NCBI RefSeq assembly: GCF_009914755.1
Contig: NC_060947.1
Source of the DNA: the human T2T-CHM13v2.0 reference genome, Homo sapiens
DNA length: 64,000 nucleotides
Strand: one strand, 5' to 3'
Below, piece by piece: positions 57,854-64,000 of this stretch. The notes under the pieces were generated by a model, which worked only from the letters and a program-made list of their open reading frames with translations, was not told the DNA's origin and did no database searches. Position numbers and translations under genes: made by a program. Every line of letters starts with the position of its first letter. The stretch's first letter is position 1.

Positions 57854-59489
57854 AAAGAGGCTTTAATAAGCAGGATTTCAGCTTAAAAAGATGCTAGAAT
57901 TTTTAGAACCTAGGTACTATAACCAGGGCTCTTGATAATAGAGAAAGCAGAGAAAGATTAAAGACATTAACAGAAAGACTGGAATTGTGAATTTTGGGTG
58001 TGAATTCCATATTTCTCTGATATCTACTTCAAATGCAATCTGGTATGCTTTGAGGCTTGGGCTCTGAATCTAACAACCATGCTGCACACTCTGATTCTTT
58101 TCTTATTTAAAAGAAGCGTTCCTTTCTAAATGATTGCAACAAAAACCAAGGCATATAGTTGACTACATATTGACAGTATCGCGAATAAATGGCTTTTACT
58201 GTCATGTTAGTAGCCAGTCTTTACCAAGTCAACTGCACTGAACCTCCTTCAGGTACTTGCATGACTCACTCTCACTGGATTGTAGCCTTTGCTCCCTAAA
58301 CATCTTATTTAAAGTAATCCCTTATCTTGTTTTATTTTATTGACAGCATTTATGACTATCTGAAATGACCACATATTTTCTGCCACTTTATAATTGTTTG
58401 TGTCCCCTCAATCATTCCAATTTCTTATTCTTTACACTCGATGATATGTTTCATAATGTAACATGCATCTTATTTTAACTCATTAATTTTGTTGTTATAC
58501 AAACATGTAATGAAATACTTTTTTGACTTTAATCTTTCAATCCACCTAGTTTTCTTCTACAGTGAGTATTTAAGTAAGGTAAAATGCTATGCTTAATTTT
58601 AAATAAATATTATTGCTTCAATAATTAATTGATTAAACGAATAATTTACAGTAGAATTTTCACATTCTCCTCTTCTTAAATCTTCCCCCTTCCACTATAT
58701 TATACACATAATATCCACTCCCCCTTCTTTTCCTATATCAGGGAAAATGAATGAGGAAGCTAGATTTCTACATGTTTTAGTTATATTTCTTTTCACATAT
58801 TGGAATACATATTTCCCTTTAATAAAAAAGTAAGGTTTTAAAATCAAATGTTTGCTGACTGCGTTTGCACTGTTTTTTTTTTTTTTACTCTGAAAAGCCT
58901 ATACTAAAGCATCAGTTTTTATTATTCTTGGTTCTTCTACTTTACAAACAGATTAAAAGATATTTATAAAACAACGTTTTAGAAAAATACATGGTGCCCT
59001 ATACTAGCTTTCACTGAGATGCTCGGTATGGTGTCTTCAAGTAGCTTGGAGTAATCATTATAGGAAGCAGTATTAAGACCCTGTACAAAGAGTGTCTGTA
59101 ATGTGTATTTTTTTCTCATTTGGAAAAAGTATGTTTTCCTCTCTGACTGTGTTGGCCATAGTTTCAGAGAAAACACTATTGTTTAAGTTCAGTAATGGAA
59201 AATGGTTGTCAGTGACCATCAAATGTGAAGGAATCTGACCCTCAGGCACTCCATAATCCTAGTTTCTGGCTACTACCAGTCTATTTTCAAACATCCTCTA
59301 TTTTCAACCAACCTTAGGGGTGGCATCTTTCTCTTCCTCCAGTTGACTACCATCACAGATACAAGATGGGGAATGGCAACTAGACCATATGGGTAACAAA
59401 GCAAATTGGAATCTGCAACTTTACCTTTTTAATGAAGAAATATTAAAACCAACAATACATGTAAAGTCCCAGAATATTATAAACTTCAT

Positions 59490-59585
59490 AATTGTGTCTG
59501 TTTAGTTCTCTATTGTATCCCCAGCACCTGAAACAGCTCCTAGCATACAGTAGATTTGCTGTACACATCTGATGAATAAAATAAT
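59490..59585 (+). mobile_element. L2 3' end
   Basis: tgtatccccagcacctgaaacagctcctagcatacagtag...tgatgaataaa. Confidence 0.65.
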
Positions 59586-59955
59586 AAAAGAAACCACCAA
59601 AAGCACATGCAAAAAAACAAAAATAAAATAGTGGAACTACATCAAGCTAAAAAGCTGCTGCACAGCAAAGCAAACAATCAAAAGAGTGAAAAGACAACCT
59701 TTAGAATGGGAGATAGTATTTGCATACCACATATCTGATAAAGATCTAATATTAAAAATATATAAGGAACTCCTATAACTCAATAGCAAAAAAAAAAAAG
59801 ATGTGAATAGACACTTCTCAAAAAAGACATACAAATGGCCAATGGGTATATGAAAAGATGATCAACGTCACTAATTATCAGTGAAATGCAAATCAAAACC
59901 AAAATAAGATATCACCTCACAGCCATTAGAATGAATATTATTTAAAAGAAATACA

Positions 59956-60237
59956 GGCCAGGCGCAGTGGCTGACGCCTGTAATCCCAGCACTTTGGGAG
60001 GCTGAGGCAGGTGGATCATGAGATCAGAAGTTCGAGACCAGCCTGGCCAAGATGGTGAAACCCCGTCTCTACTAAAAATACAAAAATTAGCTGGGCGTGG
60101 TGGTGGGCACCTGTAATCTCAGCTACTCGGGAGGCTGAGGCAAAGAATTGCTTGAACCTGGGAGGCAGAGGTTTCAGTGAGCCGAGATCATGCCACTTCA
60201 TTCCAGCCTGGGCGATAGAGCGAGACTCTGTCTCAAG
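59956..60237 (+). mobile_element. AluS
   Basis: Full dimer; TSD aaaagaaataca at 59944-59955 and 60238-60249. Confidence 0.92.
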
Positions 60238-60388
60238 AAAAGAAATACAAAAGATAATAAATGTTGGTCAAGATGTGAAGAAATTGGAATTGCTACATAC
60301 TGTTGGTGGGAGTGTAAAATGGTGCAGTTGCTAGGAAAACAGTATGAAGGTTCCTCAACTACTTTATGATCCAGCAATCCCACTTTTG

Positions 60389-60694
<306 letters not shown>

Positions 60695-61339
60695 AGCAAT
60701 CCCACTTTTGAGAACATATTCAAAAGAATTTAGATCAGAATCCTGTAGAGACATTAGAACTCCTACGTTCATTGCAACACTATTTACAATGACCAATATG
60801 TGGAAAAAACCCAAATCAAACGTCCACCCATAGATGAGTGGATAAAAATAGTATGTCATATAAATAAACAATAAAATTCTATTCAGCCTTAAAGAAGAAA
60901 ATCCTGTTATATGTAACAACATGGATAAACCTGGAGGGCATTGGACTAACTGAAATAAGCCAGGCACAGAAGGACAAGTACTGCATGATTCTACTTACAT
61001 AAGGAATCTTAAGTAGTCAGATTCATTGAAACAGAGTGTAGAATGGTGTTTATCAGGGGCTGAAGGAGTAAGGGGAAATGGTGAGTTGCTGGTCAACATT
61101 TATATAGCTTCAGTTATGCAAAATGAATACGTTCCAGAGATACTCTGTATAACATTATGCTTATAGTTAAAAACACTGTATTGTACACTTGAAATTTTGT
61201 TAAGAGAGTCATTGTCATGTTGACTCTTTTTACCACAATAAAAAATAATTTTATACATTTAGAAAAATAGCCTATATTAGCTGCCCCTCAATTTTATTCA
61301 TCCCTAGGCAAACCCTGGAGAGATAAGCAAGCAATCTCT

Positions 61340-61610
61340 AAGACTTTGTAAGTAAAAACTTAGAGAATTTGAAAACAGTTCAAAAAAGAGCCACATATCT
61401 GAGGAAAGAATTGTAAAAATAGAAAAATTAGGCAAGTTAAAAAATTTGCAATTATTCAGCATAGAGCTAAAAAGGGGAAGTAGCATAATATTGGCGTCAT
61501 CATGAGCAAATGGGAAATGATCACCAAAACAGAGTGGAAAATTGTTCCTAATTCCAATGAAGACAGAAAAAGGGCAAAACACCCACACTGCAGTATGAAA
61601 TCTAAATCTC
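61340..61610 (+). mobile_element. L3/CR1 LINE relic
   Basis: ttagagaatttgaaaacagttcaaaaaagagccaca...aagttaaaaaatttgcaattattcagcatagag...tgttcctaattccaatgaagacagaaaaagggcaaa resembles the CR1 3' region. Confidence 0.5.
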
Positions 61611-62157
61611 CTAGCATTCTCTCTGAAAGGTACACATCTCTAGTGCTTTTGAAAATAGTCTTTTTTTTTTTCCGGTCATTTATATTTCAAGTGTGGTCCT
61701 GAAGGGGAATGAATAGATGTTTTCTCAAGGAGAGTTAACTCTGTGTGTGGGGTGGAGGTGAGGGCTCCAGAAGGAGGGAGAGTTTATAAATTAGCAAGTT
61801 GTAATGTCTGTTGAAATAATTATATTCTGTATTGTTCGGTCAGACCCTAAACTTGGCTGTACTGCTTTACAAAAGAAAAGGCTTTTGCACAAGGCCCTCT
61901 TACTTTCTCACCAAAGTGAGTTTCTGTGCCTGATTTAAGAAAATGCCGTTTGAGAGATGTGATAATTGAATAATTTTGAGGCTGTCTAGAGTACACAAGG
62001 GAAGTTGATTAAAGTCAGTAAAACATAGGCTCTCTGATTATGCTGCAAATCTTTCCAAGCCAGAAGAACCAGCATTGTTATGAAGGCTCCTTTGCTTAAC
62101 AGTTTGCTTTATTTGCTTAATAATTACTTAAATAAATAACTGTATTTAAAACAATGA

Positions 62158-64000
<1,843 letters not shown>

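Overview
Primate (human-like), AT-rich, gene-poor DNA, about two-thirds transposable elements by eye. No intact protein-coding gene is supported: the long ORFs in the track are decayed LINE-1 ORF1/ORF2 pieces, Alu-derived frames, pseudogene fragments or chance frames. Main contents: a twin-primed (5'-inverted) L1PA4-like insertion with an exact 17-bp target-site duplication (TSD) (295-5414); several older L1s, including a near full-length L1PA11-16-like copy carrying four Alus; about 13 Alus; solo LTRs (MST with nested MER57, MER4A, MLT1, MER67-like, LTR12F, MER21/77-like); Tigger-type DNA transposons; MIR, L2 and CR1 relics; and a minus-strand SERBP1 processed pseudogene (46950-51786) with a long 3'UTR, nested in an old L1M and itself interrupted by an L1MA and an AluY. 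The most unusual sequence-level observations are a two-donor templated insertion inside a Tigger3a element, an Alu replacing ~400 bp of L1 ORF1, a 22-nt antisense Alu micro-insertion, and three plus-strand candidate non-coding exons. I found no evidence of a novel biological system. Family and subfamily names come from recall of consensus sequences, not from a database search.
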